Source of the DNA: Octopus sinensis
Lineage: Eukaryota
Assembly (NCBI RefSeq): GCF_006345805.1
Contig: NC_042999.1
Span: forward strand, 168,020,001-168,084,000
Direction: 5' to 3'
DNA length: 64,000 nt
Part shown: piece by piece, positions 1-13,366 of the stretch
Position numbering within the stretch: the stretch's first letter is position 1
Layout of the letters: each line of letters starts with the position of its first letter
The notes under the pieces: model-generated
Told to the model about the DNA's origin: nothing
Seen by the model: the letters and a program-made list of their open reading frames with translations, nothing else
Database searches by the model: none
Position numbers and translations under genes: made by a program

Positions 1-1611
1 TTGGTGGAAGATTTTAATTCAAAACTTATGAAAACAAGACATTTGTACTACAGAGCCAGAGGCGGTTTTGGCCAGGTTGGTATCAAAAGGGTTAATGCTT
101 ATTGTGGTGGAGTGTGTATCAAAGTCAGCAAGAGTTGTCTTTTACAAAGGCCTCAGTTGCAATGTTGCTTTCAAGAGACACTATAAATATTCCAGTCCCT
201 AACTTTGTATGTAATAGCTTTTCTGTCTATAAAAATTAATTCCTAAAATATTGGTCAGACCCCGTACACTTACATTTAGATTCAGGTAACCTAAACAACT
301 AATGCAGTTGTCAATGACAAAAGCAGTTATAAATTACATCATCTATCATTTGTGTTCTGCTTTATTATTTTTAATCAATGTATCTTTTTTATTTGTGTTT
401 TTTGTTGTTGTTGTTAGGTTATTCTTTTATGAAGTATATTAATAAGAAAAATGTTCCAAATTATAGATTACTTTCCATGTAATTGTTTCATTTTGTTATT
501 TTCTTTTCTTATAAATCCCACCCATGGTGTTGATGTTGTTGCTGTCTGTCATCTTTAGATATTGTCATGTGGTGTCATATATATTGCTTTTACTTGAGTC
601 ACTTATCAATGCATTTATTTCAGTATCATTTGATACTTGTTTATATACATCTTAAAGGTTTATAAATAGTATTATAAAATGTATTTACCAAAATACTTCT
701 TTCTTTTTCAGATATATTAAGCAAACATGTGTTTGTGTGTGTACATACACCTTTTCAGCTGGTCTGATTAAGTTGGTATTCTAATATGTAAACCAATACA
801 TAGCTGCATGTTGTTTAGCTGGTTTCAAAAAACCAAACACTATGCTCTGCATGTTTGCATGAACTTGATCTTTGCATGAACACGTACTCTTGTTGAATCT
901 CAAATGTGATAGAGATGAAAATGAGCAAATAAGTCTTCTCACTTATTCCTTCCTCATCTTTAATTTTTCTATCACTGGTTCAATATTTTCCACTTTATAT
1001 TGATTAAACTTAAAAGTCATGATCTTGAATGAAATGTGAATAGTTTATAAGGTCTAAAGTTTGATTTATTAAACAATTTTCACAGCTGAGTTTTAATCAA
1101 TACAGTAAAATTAATATATCCTTGTAAGTCTGCATTTACAATATTTCAGTATATTTCTGCAATATATTAGTAATGATGGTGACAATATATTGATAGTTAC
1201 ATATATAAAGATAAAGTTAAAGAAAAGAATAAGACAATGCAAAGCTTGTTGGTTGATGTCTCTGTTTTACAGTTTAGTTCATTTTTTACATTTTACAGAA
1301 CATGCAAAAAGATATTTCTTTCTATAACAAAAAAAAAGCTTATTTAATTAATTCTTTTCTTGAAAGTTCATTGGATTTTTCAGAGAATAGTACATAAAAT
1401 TCCTTGAAAAGTCAGATGAACTTTGTTGGGAAATTTTAATGAGCGACAAAAAAATTTAATTGTTAAATTTTGTCATTTAAGAGTCAGAAGTTCTTCAATT
1501 TGTTTTAACGCTAATGACTAAAAATTAAACACCTTAGCCACCTCCAATGTACGTAACTGGATATTAGGTGTGTCATTTAATAAGAATTTTAGTGGTACCA
1601 AGAGTATCCCA

Positions 1612-2020
1612 TTTACTATTTACTATTTTACTTGTTTCAGTCATTTGACTGTGGCCATGCTGGAGCACCGCCTTTAATCGAGCAACTCGACCCCAGGACT
1701 TATTCTTTTGTAAGCCCAGTACTTATTCTATCGGTCTCTTTTGCCGAACCACTAAGTAACGGGGACATAAACACACCAGCATCGGTTGTCAAGCAATGCT
1801 AGGGGAACAAACACAGACACACAAACATATTCACACACACTTATATATATACATATATACAACGGGCTTCTTTTAGTTTCCGTCTACCAAATCCACTCAC
1901 AAGGCATTGGTCGACCCGGGGCTATAGCAGAAGACACTTGCCCAAGATGCCACGCAGTGGGACTGAACCCGAAACCATGTGGTTGGTTAGCAAGCTACTT
2001 ACCACACAGCCACTCCTGCT
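1612..2020 (-). mobile_element. tRNA-derived SINE family A (head ggcgcaggagtggctgtgtggtaagtagcttgc..., tail (agtaaa)n)
   Basis: A/B-box head. Other copies at ~15940-16160, 18286-18650, 18924-19472 (interrupted), 20270-20610, 26179-26530, 26977-27376, 41815-42074, 51550-51930, 63270-63490 and 63835-64000. Confidence 0.9.
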
Positions 2021-3015
2021 TCAAGAATCTTACCATTTATTATATCCTCTAAACCTGGATTGAAAGGAGTAAAAGAAAGCTAAATTAAATTGCGCATTAG
2101 TGTCTAATCTAAATAATATTCTCACAGGTCGTATGACAAGCTGAAACCATGATGTGATTTTAATATTTGGTTGATGCTATTTCACTTAATTTATGTGTGT
2201 CATAAGATTCTGTTTACAGTGCTATAAAACAGATAAGGCTTTGAACAGAGTCAAAAGAAATGAACATTTATAGCAGTTAGGATATTCTTATTCTAATTAC
2301 TCAGTTTTAAGAAGAGAGTCACTTACTTAGACTGTATAAATGTCCTTTTTTATGTGCATTGTGACACTAAGCCTTTAATTTATTTTCTTCATCACATCTG
2401 GTATATTGGTTTAAGACAAAATGTTACTTGGAAGATCAGTTCAAGAATTGTGTGTTCATACCTTGTGTGTTCATTGTGTGTTCATACCTTCAAGAATTGT
2501 GTGTTCATACCTTGCTTTAGTTTATGCTACTAGGTATAGGTACCAGACATTTTTGCTGTAGACCTGCTTCCTAACCAGAGTGACATTTTTCTATCATCTG
2601 CTAAATGGTACACAAGCAAGAGATAAGCAATACCTTTATTAGCTCATCGTAGATTGCCAGGCAACTTTTTTCAAAAATACTCTAGTTTTAGATGTTAAAA
2701 GAGAGGAAAAAATTGGATCAAATGTTTAAAAAAGAAGCGGGGAAGGTCTTAGTATTACACAATATAAAGAAACTCAAAGTGGTTGAATTTTCATTTTGTG
2801 GCTCTAATTTTTTAAGATGGTAATAAGAAACTTGTAATATCTCAGCAATTAAATAATAATATTTCTACCTCACTTATATAAAGGAGTCACTTAAAAAGTA
2901 ATCATTAATATTTATCTTAATATATATATTTGTTAAATGTAATCATAAAATTAATCATGATATAAAGATTTTGTTAAATTTGGTCTAATAATGTTTTTTT
3001 TTTCCCTTTTTGCAG

Positions 3016-3825
3016 ACGAAAACAACTGATGAATGTTATACGAATAATATCCAAGAGAGTACATTCAGTGAGGTACCGTCAGTGAGCTACAATGAAAGAT
3101 GCATTCCAAATGGGAATACCAAACTTATGCAGAGCTTCTCATCTAACAAGTTGCCAAAAGAAAGAGTAAATGACACCCAGAATGGTGTATTAAAGCTTCC
3201 TAAACGGCACCGTTTATCTGCTGTGTCTTCTGCTACTCAGCTTACAGATAAAGAAACTCTTTCCAATGGTCTAGATATTGCTTTACCTGAAACTCAAGTG
3301 ATATATGCTGAACCAAACCACAGTCAACCAAATCCTCCTGTTGAAGGATGTAACCATAATTTGAATAAGAATTTGCCTTGTGATAGTCATTTGAAATGTG
3401 ATGGGCTTCTTGAAACTGACACTTTTAATAATGATGAGCATTCTTTAACTTCAATGCTCTCAAGTTCCAACCATTCTTCCAGTGACAGTGAGGATAGCTA
3501 TAATATTACGCTCCACATAAGTGAAGAAGATTTGATTGTAAAAGATCCTGCTGAGCAAAAGCCTTCTTCTTCTGGTAAAATCAGCCCAAAGGTAATGTAT
3601 TCTCACAGCAAGGTTCCTAAACCAGACCACTACTCTATACCTGTCTCTGAGAGACAAATGGAAAATCCACTCCCTAATAAATCTAGCACCCAAAATGGAC
3701 AAGCGTTAATCCCTGCTGTTGGCAAATCTGCTTCACAATTGCTAATAAATGGATTTCAGACATCTGTTGATAGTTGTGGTGGTGAAGTTACCCGTGATAA
3801 GAGCTTACCAAATTTTGCATTTTAA
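3016..3825 (+). CDS. Probable large exon (possibly terminal) of an unidentified gene; Ser/Asn/Pro-rich and likely disordered
   Basis: ~270-codon open frame in non-repetitive AT-rich DNA, starting right after a strong acceptor (tttttttccctttttgcag, AG at 3014-3015). No domain recognised. Confidence 0.6.
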   Translation, partial: TKTTDECYTNNIQESTFSEVPSVSYNERCIPNGNTKLMQSFSSNKLPKERVNDTQNGVLKLPKRHRLSAVSSATQLTDKETLSNGLDIALPETQVIYAEPNHSQPNPPVEGCNHNLNKNLPCDSHLKCDGLLETDTFNNDEHSLTSMLSSSNHSSSDSEDSYNITLHISEEDLIVKDPAEQKPSSSGKISPKVMYSHSKVPKPDHYSIPVSERQMENPLPNKSSTQNGQALIPAVGKSASQLLINGFQTSVDSCGGEVTRDKSLPNFAF

Positions 3826-4015
3826 AATAATTCTTTTCATTACACAATGTCAGTTATAGCTATTCATTCTAGGAGCAAAAACTATCTGAGGAACAATAAT
3901 GGATAAAAAAAAAAAAGAAACAGGAACCTCATGAAATAATCAACCATTGCAGAAGTTACTGAAAAAATGTCAAAAGTTCAGACTTCCGAACTAAGTTAAT
4001 CTAAAAAGTATAATT

Positions 4016-4104
<89 letters not shown>

Positions 4105-4324
4105 AAAGTTTGTATATCAATCCAACAACAAAACAAAACTTCATTTCTTGACTGATCACTTTTTAACCATTGGGCTTTCTACATAATTGGTTTCTATGGT
4201 TTCATTACTCAAAAATACAAAAACAATCAGTATCTGCATCAAGCGTTAGTTTCAACAATATTATGTAACACAATTTATTTATGCCATGCCTATAGCATCA
4301 AGCGCAGTGTTGAAAAATCATTTC

Positions 4325-4355
<31 letters not shown>

Positions 4356-6924
4356 TGTAATATGAGTAGATAGATGTATATACCAAGATTATATAATCCA
4401 ACATATTAAAAATAATACCCTAGCTAGGAATTACAGGAATAAAGACATCTGATATCTTAAATGATAAAAAGTATTGGCAGAATATTGATTGTAAAATTAC
4501 ACAATACATTATGAGAAACAAAATGAACATTATGTATATGTGTGTGTAAATATGTAAATGGGGGGAAGTTACATGAGTAAGTAACCATGCCAAATATTAC
4601 CATAAAATATCAGAAAATATGAACAAAACAAAGGTGAGCACTACAGAGCAGAGGTAAGCTCTCAGCAAGCCAAGTCCACAAAACTCTGTTTCAGATGTAA
4701 AATGAAACTCTTTCATTTTACTTTATATCACTTATACACTTGGAAAGAGGCATGAAATTCACAAATTCCCATTTCCCCTTCCCTATAAATATAGGGCATT
4801 GTACTTAGTCAAAATGTTATAACATGAAGTTGAAAGTCGACATGTTTAGTATAACGAGTATTTTCTTCCCCAATTTTTTTTTTTGCTCTAATTCCTTAAA
4901 GACAGTCTTTATAATGTCAGCAGTGTTCAAAATAATTCTGCTGATATCGAAACCAGCATACAATACTACAACTACTACTACTATAAGTATGAATGTAAAA
5001 AAATATTCAAAATTCATATAACACAGTGTTTGAAAATTTCTACAGACCTAAGTTCATGAAAGAAGTATAAATTAATCTGCAAGAATTATTTCAGAAACTG
5101 GTTGCTATATATTACCAAAAGTAGAAATTTAATTATTAATACAGAGAGAGTCTGACATTTGTTTTATATAATTAGAAAATAGCTGTTATATAATGGAAAC
5201 TAAATTACCTAATATGTAAACTTTTAAGTGCATCAACCATGTTTTTTCTAGAATTCATCTGTGTAAATTGCTTCATATACTAAGAGTCCCGTTCATATTT
5301 TATAGGAATCTGATAAACATATTGCAAAAAATAAATAAAGAATAGAATAAAGGAAACCTGGTTGATGTACTTAAAAATTTGTTTTCAAATTCAGTAGATG
5401 GCAGTAAAATTATTGCATACTAAAACCCGCCCCCAAAGCAATTTAGCATTAAGTTTACGATACAACAAAATTTATATAAATGACTTTTAGAACCTGTCCT
5501 ATATCCCAGCTATGTTGAAAATTGTAAGTAAAATATATAAATAATCATAATTTTCTATGAAAAGGTAAAAAAAAATACAAAAAAAAACCAAACTATTATT
5601 ATTTACCTGGATTATATGCGATGTGATATGTAATTAATAATTAATAAAACATTTTGAAAGATACCTTAAGTTTTATTGCAAGATATTTTACAGAGTATGT
5701 TTTGAATAATATTACACTGGCAAACCAAACAGTGAAATGTACAAATTTAAAAAATGATATTAGATTTTAAAAAATAAGAATAAAAGAAAATAAAAGGTAT
5801 TCTAAAACAGAATTGACATTTAAAAATCCCATTTGTTATGATTTAAAAAATATTTCAATATGTATACATATGAGTGATTGCAAAATTTGACAAAGCGTCT
5901 AGAAATGCTAATCCAGTAGCATCTTAACAGAAAGCACTTAATTTTTGCCTCTATTGGTTTACTATCATCTTACGGTTATAACCAACTGATCAGTCATGGT
6001 CTTTCTTTATAATTTATGTAACAAAACTAGATTCAAAAGAGACAGTTCCAGTCACTTGTCATGCTAAAATTAGCAGTCAAATCACACCCTTTTACATTTT
6101 AGAAAATTAAGAACATACTAGATAATATAGTCCTAAGTATATATATCAAGAAAAAGAAGTTTCTGTAATGACCAGAATTCCTTTGATCAAAAATATGTTC
6201 CATCAGGATTGACCTAGGATTAAACAACAATTTTATCTCATTTATGAGGTGGAGTGGGATTAATTCTGTTACTGTTTACTAATATGCATTAAAAAAAAGT
6301 GTTTTACTCTGATTATTATCTCTGATATTATTGTACAAATTAAAATGGTTCATAAAAATAAAAAACAAAACAGTTAGATATATTGCTGAAATTTTTCACA
6401 TTTTCTAAAATTAAAAATCATCAACTGTTAATAAGCATCATGTAGTTTTCCTTTCATTAACTGTTTTCTCAAAGAATTTGCTTTGCTAAGCAAAATTCAA
6501 AAGATAGATTTTATAGGCAAGACTAAAATTAAATCCTCTTTTTAACTACTTAAGTTAAAAATACATTTTGAAGTTAATTTTCAAAATGGTTTCTCACCTC
6601 ACTAATAGAATTTTGATTTCTCCTTCGGTTCCATAATGTCCTATCTTTTCAAGTTTGACCAGATAGATGATATAGATATCAGTAGAAGAGATATCGAGAA
6701 ACAGTACTTTCTGTGGCTCACTTGTTAGCAGTTTGGTGAGTAAATCTCTGCCACTCAGCTAGACAGCTTTTATTAGGAGGAGGTGCGGTTAGATATTGGG
6801 GGGGGGGGCACTACCATCTGAGATAGGATGTATATCTAAATTTGACAGTTTGCATAAAAGGAAACAAAAAATACAATATCCCATCCAAAAATAAAAGTAA
6901 ATAAAAGATAACAGTTCACCTAAA

Positions 6925-7660
6925 GTAGATGCTCTCAACTTCCACCACAGCCTCAAAAGCCCTTGGGACCCGGTGCATGCGTTCTTCACTGCATGTGTCC
7001 CTGGGAAGATCTTTGAATACCTCCTTGATTTTGGGCACTAGCTTGGCCTTGGTGGTGCAGGTAGAGTGGTTGATGTCTTTCTCAACTGCAGCCCACACAT
7101 AGTAATCCATGAGATTACAATCAGGAAGCCAGGAATTGGGGTTGACAAAGTCATAGAAATTCTCTGACACCCACTTCTGCCTCTTTCTGGAGATATGGCA
7201 AGGAGTTGAATCCTGCTGCCATGCACATAGCCTTCCAGCAGCTTCAGAGCCTAAGGCTCTGTTCATCAGTTGTTGGATGAACTCTGTGTGGACACACTCA
7301 GAATGTCTGCTTCTTCCCTTCTTTCTAACCACAGCCTTATAGTCTCTATTGCAGCTGTCCATGTCACGTCTTACAGTCTTCGTAGTATTCACAGAGTACT
7401 GAGCAGCAGTCATGATGTCAGCATTTTGATATTCAGTGCAAATCATCATGATACACCTAACTCTTCCCACTCCTCCGCATCAGCTAACTTTTTCTCAACT
7501 ACAAATTTAATCTTTTTGCTCTCCAATGATGTTCACTGGTACATCATAGTGTTCCTGAAGAAATTTAGCCTGAACACCTTCTATGTATGCAATATTTCAA
7601 TGTCAGTCACAATTTTGCTCTCTAAGGGTTCATCAACCGATTGAAATTGAAACATTTTGG
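6925..7660 (-). mobile_element. maT/DD37D-like transposase remnant
   Basis: WQQDSTPCH, NSWLPDCNLMDYYVWAAVEK and FEAVVE in ORF 6916..7470. Confidence 0.82.
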
Positions 7661-9530
7661 GAATCCCTCAAGGAGAATCCCCTTTTTTTTCTGTGCAAGT
7701 ATGGCAATGCTATGAACAACATCTAAGATTGTTAGACTTTGCAATTGAAGCAAGTTTTAGCTGAGTATTTTCCATACATAGATATGAAGGTAGAGTGTCC
7801 AATAGCCATATACAGATAAAATAATTATTATATAAAGCCCATTGATAAAATGTTATAGTTAATTGGAGAGCTGAAATTCATTCTAATCTCACTCAACAGT
7901 TTTTATTGTTTGATCAAATTCCAGAAAACTCTGCCTCACCTAGTTTTTGTATTACACTAGTAGTAATATTCCATACATGAACATTTGGCAAATCCTTTTT
8001 AAAGATTTATTTCAATCTTCAATCAATATGAAATATTTTATAAGAAATATTTTGAAATTAGAAGGAAAAACAAAAAGACATATTACTATGTCTTAATATT
8101 TTAAGTCTTATTTGATGACCATTTAGTAATTATTTCAAATAGTCTGAGAAATAAACATTTTCCTTTGCTCTCATAGATAATTCCTAATGAAACTCCAGCA
8201 GCAAATATGCCAAGGGAGCCTCTATTTGAGATTTTTAACTAAATTTTACCCATAGTCTAATTTATGATTCCTGAGATGTTCATAATACATATTTAAAGGT
8301 AAAACAGATGTTTAGTTAAACAATCAGTTTTGAACAGATACACTTCAGTGGCAAAATGCTGGTCAAAAGTGTACTTGATAAAAGTTGACTTTTATCTCAT
8401 TTTACAATTGATAAATCCTAGTAATATATGAAATGAACAAAATCTCAATACTTCAATGTGTTGAATTGTCTGAGTAACTAGCTTGTGCACATACAGCTAA
8501 ATACTTTCATAGCATGTGTTTGTTCTATGGTAACAAACCAGAACTAAATGATGATAACAAGCCTAGTAGGAAAAAATATAACTCATATTTTAGAAATAAA
8601 AGTATACTTGCCTGATGGAAATGTAATGTAGATATGAATACTGTAAATATTAATGAGTCTGTGAAATTTTCTAAATAATCATCAAAACTTATAATTCTTC
8701 TAAATGATACTTTTCTCATCCTCTCTAAATAATCAAATATTGAGCTTACCAGAGCAATTCATATCCACAGAGATTAAGAAGCACATCACTATACATTGGT
8801 TTCTGTTTATTTTGACAATGATGTCTGTATTAAGATTAAAAAAGAAATATTTAATGTAAAGGGATTAAATGAATGTAAGAATTTTTTTTAAAAAAAAAAA
8901 GAAAAAGAAATAAAAGAAAGTTTACAAACTCCAAAGAATAGCAAAGGATATTGAAAAACATGTCCTATTCTGCTTCTGCTCCAGAGTAACCAGATGAAAG
9001 TATACTTGACTTGTATAATGTCATCCACAGCTGTTTTAATACAATAAAGGCAGCATTAGATTTAAGAAAATAGGATGGTAATTGAAGTTTAGTATCAGTT
9101 ATTATGTATAGTTTTTTTTTCTGAGGACAGGTTTCAACCAAAAAAATATCGGTGAGTTATGATCTTTCAATACTTTGATCATGGATTGACATAATACGAA
9201 AAAAACTGCTCATACTGTAGGCTAGCCTTCCTTCTACCAACCATGCTGACCGAGTTTAACTGTAGCAGTTATGAACCAGAATAACTAAATTAAAATACTG
9301 CACTGATTACAATATAAAATATAATTTGAAGAGTCCAACAGGTGAAATAAATCTCCTGATCATCAGTTTCTTTTTTTCTTCTGTTTTTTTTTTATGTTCT
9401 TATCAGAATGCTTTCGAGAATCCAGTCTTTTCTAGCAGGTGTTTGCTTTGGTCATGACTGCAGAATTTCAAGGCTCTGAAAATTGATTAATATTTTGATA
9501 CAAGATCTTATTTATATTGATGTAAAAAAT

Positions 9531-9759
9531 TTAACCCTTTCATTACCGTATTTATTTTGAGATGCTCTGTGTTTCTTTCAATTATTTTAAATATAACAAA
9601 GAATTTAGTAAAATAACTTAGTTATCATTAAGCTAGTGTTAGGAACATAAATTGTGACTAAGGTTTGGTGGAAGATTTTAATTCAAAACTTATGAAAACA
9701 AGACATTTGTACTACAGAGCCAGAGGCGGTTTTGGCCGGGTTGGTAACAAAAGGGTTAA
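9531..9759. mobile_element. piggyBac-like MITE (TTAA-CCCTTT...AAAGGG-TTAA); a second partial copy lies at 1-95
   Basis: TTAA-flanked CCC/GGG termini; 9664-9759 matches 1-95. Confidence 0.75.
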
Positions 9760-10066
9760 ACAGATAAACTTCAAATAAATTATTTATATTTATTAAGTAT
9801 ACAATTTGTGAAGCAAAGTCTATAAAGTTATTGGAGAAATTTCCACCGAAATCAGAAAGATAGGTTTAAAATTAGAATTGTAGAAATACGCTTGGTTACA
9901 TCTCTTGAGTCGACTTTGCTTTTCATCCTTCCAAGCTCAACAAAATAAGCACCAGTCATGTACTGGGGTTGATTACAACTACACACTCTCCCCAACAGAT
10001 ATGGCCTTGTACCAGTCTTACAATAAATATTTATATTTCTTTGTATTTGTATTTACATGTAAATAA

Positions 10067-10109
<43 letters not shown>

Positions 10110-10881
10110 TATATATACATATATGATATGCTTAGAAATGCATTACTGTTCATTCAGTGTCATCATTCCACATATTGTCATTTCATTCATTACTCATCCT
10201 CTTTACTGTCAAACAGTTACAGTATTTGCCTCAAAATGTGCAAATGAACACAAGCCTATCTCTTTCAGGAGAAAACTACTGCATGAAGACAAATGGATTT
10301 TAAATGTATGTGTGTGTGTGCGCACATATTCACATATATATTCACATACACTCACACACTGCAATGGTTATGAATTTTTTAGTTAGAATTTTGATTTGAC
10401 GAAGGCTAAATGGCATGTGTTGTGCCTTAATGCTTATGCTTGAATTCAATTAATGTTCTGTAAAGAGATCTATTAAAATGTTGATGAACCCAGAAACAAA
10501 GTCATCCAACTATTGACTGTAATGTATTTAGTTAGTTGTTGGAATATGCATTGTATTTTTATATGTTAATTATTAAATGAAAGTAATTTCTTCTTAACTC
10601 ATAGTTTTATTTCTTACAAATATGCATTTTCCTTATTTTAATGTTTTTTCATTTTCAGAAGTGTTAGAGCACATTGGTGGGGAGAAAAAGGAATTAAGGT
10701 ATTTGTTCTGAGTTCAGATTTCACTAGGGCCAGCTTTACCTTTCATCCTTCCAGGGCCAATAAAGTGAGGTTTTTGTTCTGGCTCTTTATGTTCCGAGTT
10801 CACATTTCACCAAGGTCAGCTTTGCCTTTTGTCCCTTCAGGGCCAATAAAGTTTTAGTTAAACACTAACTTCACTCCTGCT

Positions 10882-10883
<2 letters not shown>

Positions 10884-10914
<31 letters not shown>

Positions 10915-11345
10915 TTAGCATCCGTTTTCCATGCTAGCATGGGTTGGACGGTTCAACTGGGGTCTGTGAAGCCAGAAGGCTGCATCAGGCCCAGTCTGAT
11001 CTGGCAGTGTTTCTACGGCTGGATGCCCTTCCTAACGCCAACCACTCCGTGAGTGTAGTGGGTGCTTTTTACGTGCCACCCGCACAGGAGCCAGACGGAG
11101 CTGGCAAACGGCCACGAATGGATGGTGCTTTTACGTGCCACCGGCACAGGGGCCAGGCGTGGCTGGCAACGGACACGAACGGATGGTGCTTTTACGTGCC
11201 ACCGGCACGGAGGCCAGTCAGGGCGGCACTGGCAACGGCCACGATCGGATGGTTCGCTTACTAGTCACCGGCACTGGTATCACAGCCGCAATTTCCATTG
11301 ATGTTGATCGACTTTGATTTTGGTTCTGCTTTCTGATATCTGATT
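10884..11345 (-). mobile_element. SINE family C with an RTE-like (GAT)n tail and internal ~45-50 bp tandem units
   Basis: Tail gttaggaagggcatccagc...aacggacgttaaacgatgatgat. Other copies at ~13367-14070, 14724-15170, 19083-19270, 36930-37160, 41667-41810, 42800-43100, 46950-47215, 56577-56890 and 63500-63750. Confidence 0.85.
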
Positions 11346-11987
11346 TGATTTGGTTTGATTTGATTTTGATTTTGATTTTCACTTGCCTCAACGGGTCTTC
11401 ACAATATTACCTGCTTATGCCTAAATCAGAAAGAATTAAAGGTTATAGATTGGCAGAATTGTTAGAGTATTAAAAAAATACCATGAATTATGTATCTTCA
11501 GCCCTTGGCATTGGGTTCAAAACCCACCTTGGTCAAATTTGCTTTACATCTTTTCAGGATTGATAAAATAAAGTACCAGTCAAGTACTGGGATGAATGTA
11601 ATCAATTTTCTCCTCCCCTCAAAATTGTTGGCTTTGTGGGAAAATTAGAAAAGAACTATTATCATTATTATTGGCAGAATTGTTAGAGCATCAGGAAAAT
11701 GCCTTGTGGTATTTCTTCCAGTTCTTTACCTCCAGCTCAAATTTCGTCCATTTGGTTTGATAAAATGATAAAGGTACCGGTCAAGTACTGGAGTTAATGT
11801 AATCAACTAATTCTTGCCCCCTCCGCTACCTCAATAATCGCTGGCCTTGCATCAATTATTATGGACAGATGTAGGAAAAATGCCTTGCAGTATATCTTCC
11901 AGCTCAAGTTCAAATTTTATCAAAGTCAACTTTGCTTTTCATCTTTTCAGTACTGAGGTGTGGCTGTGTGGTAAGAAGCTTGCTTCC

Positions 11988-13366
11988 GGTTACTGCGCAT
12001 GTGTTGATTAAGTTGCTGGTTTGTTTTTTTGAGAGTCAGACAAGACTTTTGTGCTGTTTGGCAGCAGTTTAGAGAAAATGTATTCAGACTTTAGCGGGTC
12101 TGAATTGTCTTCAACGGAGGAGGAGCTGGTGAAGGCGGTGAGAAGACTGGACAGAATATTGGAGAGAACAAGAAGTCTTTCTGAGGTGGCGGAGATAAAA
12201 AGAAAAGATGTAGACCTGGCTGGACTAAAGGAATATAGAAGAATGACGCAGAAGGTGGGTGGCAATGTGAAGTTGTTGCCACCTAAAAGAATCATGGAGC
12301 AAATGGAGAGGAAAACTATCACCTGTAGGGTGCACTCCCTGAAGAACAAAAAGGCTGAACAGATGGAAGCGGAAATAATAGAAAAAGCGCTAAAGAAACA
12401 GTTGAACCAAAGGATGTAAATGCAGGACAGTGATCATCCAGTTTAGGACTGAAGGAGGCGAGTGTGGCGATGAGGACAGAAGAGGTGGTGCTTCTGCCCA
12501 CATATCTTGGAAGAAAGACTTCCAAGGTAAGGGTGGAAGCAATCCCACCTGATATAGAAGTGGCTTGGGTCATGGCAGCTGTCCTCGTTGGAAGTGAGGA
12601 AAAGGTGGCTGTCCTCCAAGCCACGGAAACGGAAGGAGGAGGATTGAGAGCGAAATCACTGGATATCATCCTGCAGGTAGAGGAGAAGCAGCTAGAGGGT
12701 CTGGCAGAGATGGTGGCATTGGTAGAAATTGTGTTAAGAGTGTGGGTGGAGGGCAGAGTCCCATGTTGTTTTAAATGTGGCCAAAAGGGCCACATTAGAG
12801 CACACTTCCCTCTACAGAAGAAAATAATAGATGAAACAACAGACGAACTAGTTGTGGAGACAGAGGAGAAAAGAGAGGAAAAAAAGAAAGACAGAGGAAA
12901 GGAGGGAGAATGGATAGTAACAGAGAGTAGAGGGAAGAAAAGAAAAAACACTGAGTCCAATTCAAGACCACTCAGACCCATTCACCACTTTCCCGACAGG
13001 AAAAAAGAAAAAGAGCAGACATCACAGAATTTAGAAGACCCCCTCCCCCGGTGAAAAAGGTTACGAAAGAGTGTTGTCATTGAGCGATAGCGAGAGCAGA
13101 AATAGGACTAGACCAGAGACTAAAGAGGAAGTAGGACTCAGAGGCAGCAAATGGTGTTACTCAGTGTGGGGTGAGTAACACACTCTTCATGTTTTCATTT
13201 TCAGATATCATACATGTTATCATAACTTTAATTTATTTTCTCATGTTCATTTTCACGTCACTCATAGAATCGTATTTTATGTTTACATATTTTTAATTGT
13301 TATATGTCCCCACATGTTTTGTAGTCTCCCCTCTATGTTATGCTTTTATGGCAAAATATTGAAGTA
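11988..13366 (+). mobile_element. ORF1-only (gag-like zinc knuckle) non-autonomous Tx1-type retroelement with a 15-bp TSD
   Basis: Frames 12051-12419 and 12464-13054 include CFKCGQKGHIRAHF. TSD aagaagcttgcttcc at 11973-11987 and 13367-13381. The 3' end atgcttttatggcaaaatattgaagtaaa resembles the Tx1 3' end atgccttcatggcaaatatttatgaaataaa. No RT or endonuclease. Confidence 0.8.

Noticed and set aside
4817-9030. Possible minus-strand exons (4817-5017, ~6600-6850, 8525-8830, 8930-9025)
   Set aside because: They are short, AT-rich frames with no recognisable homology, and no consistent spliced model could be built.
10944-11345. Regularly spaced ggtgcttttacgtgccaccggcac repeats resembling a CRISPR array
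   Set aside because: The spacers are mutually similar, the context is eukaryotic, the array is inside a SINE, and there are no cas genes.
12319-12981. 220-aa antisense ORF
   Set aside because: It is the shadow of the purine-rich ORF1 on the opposite strand.
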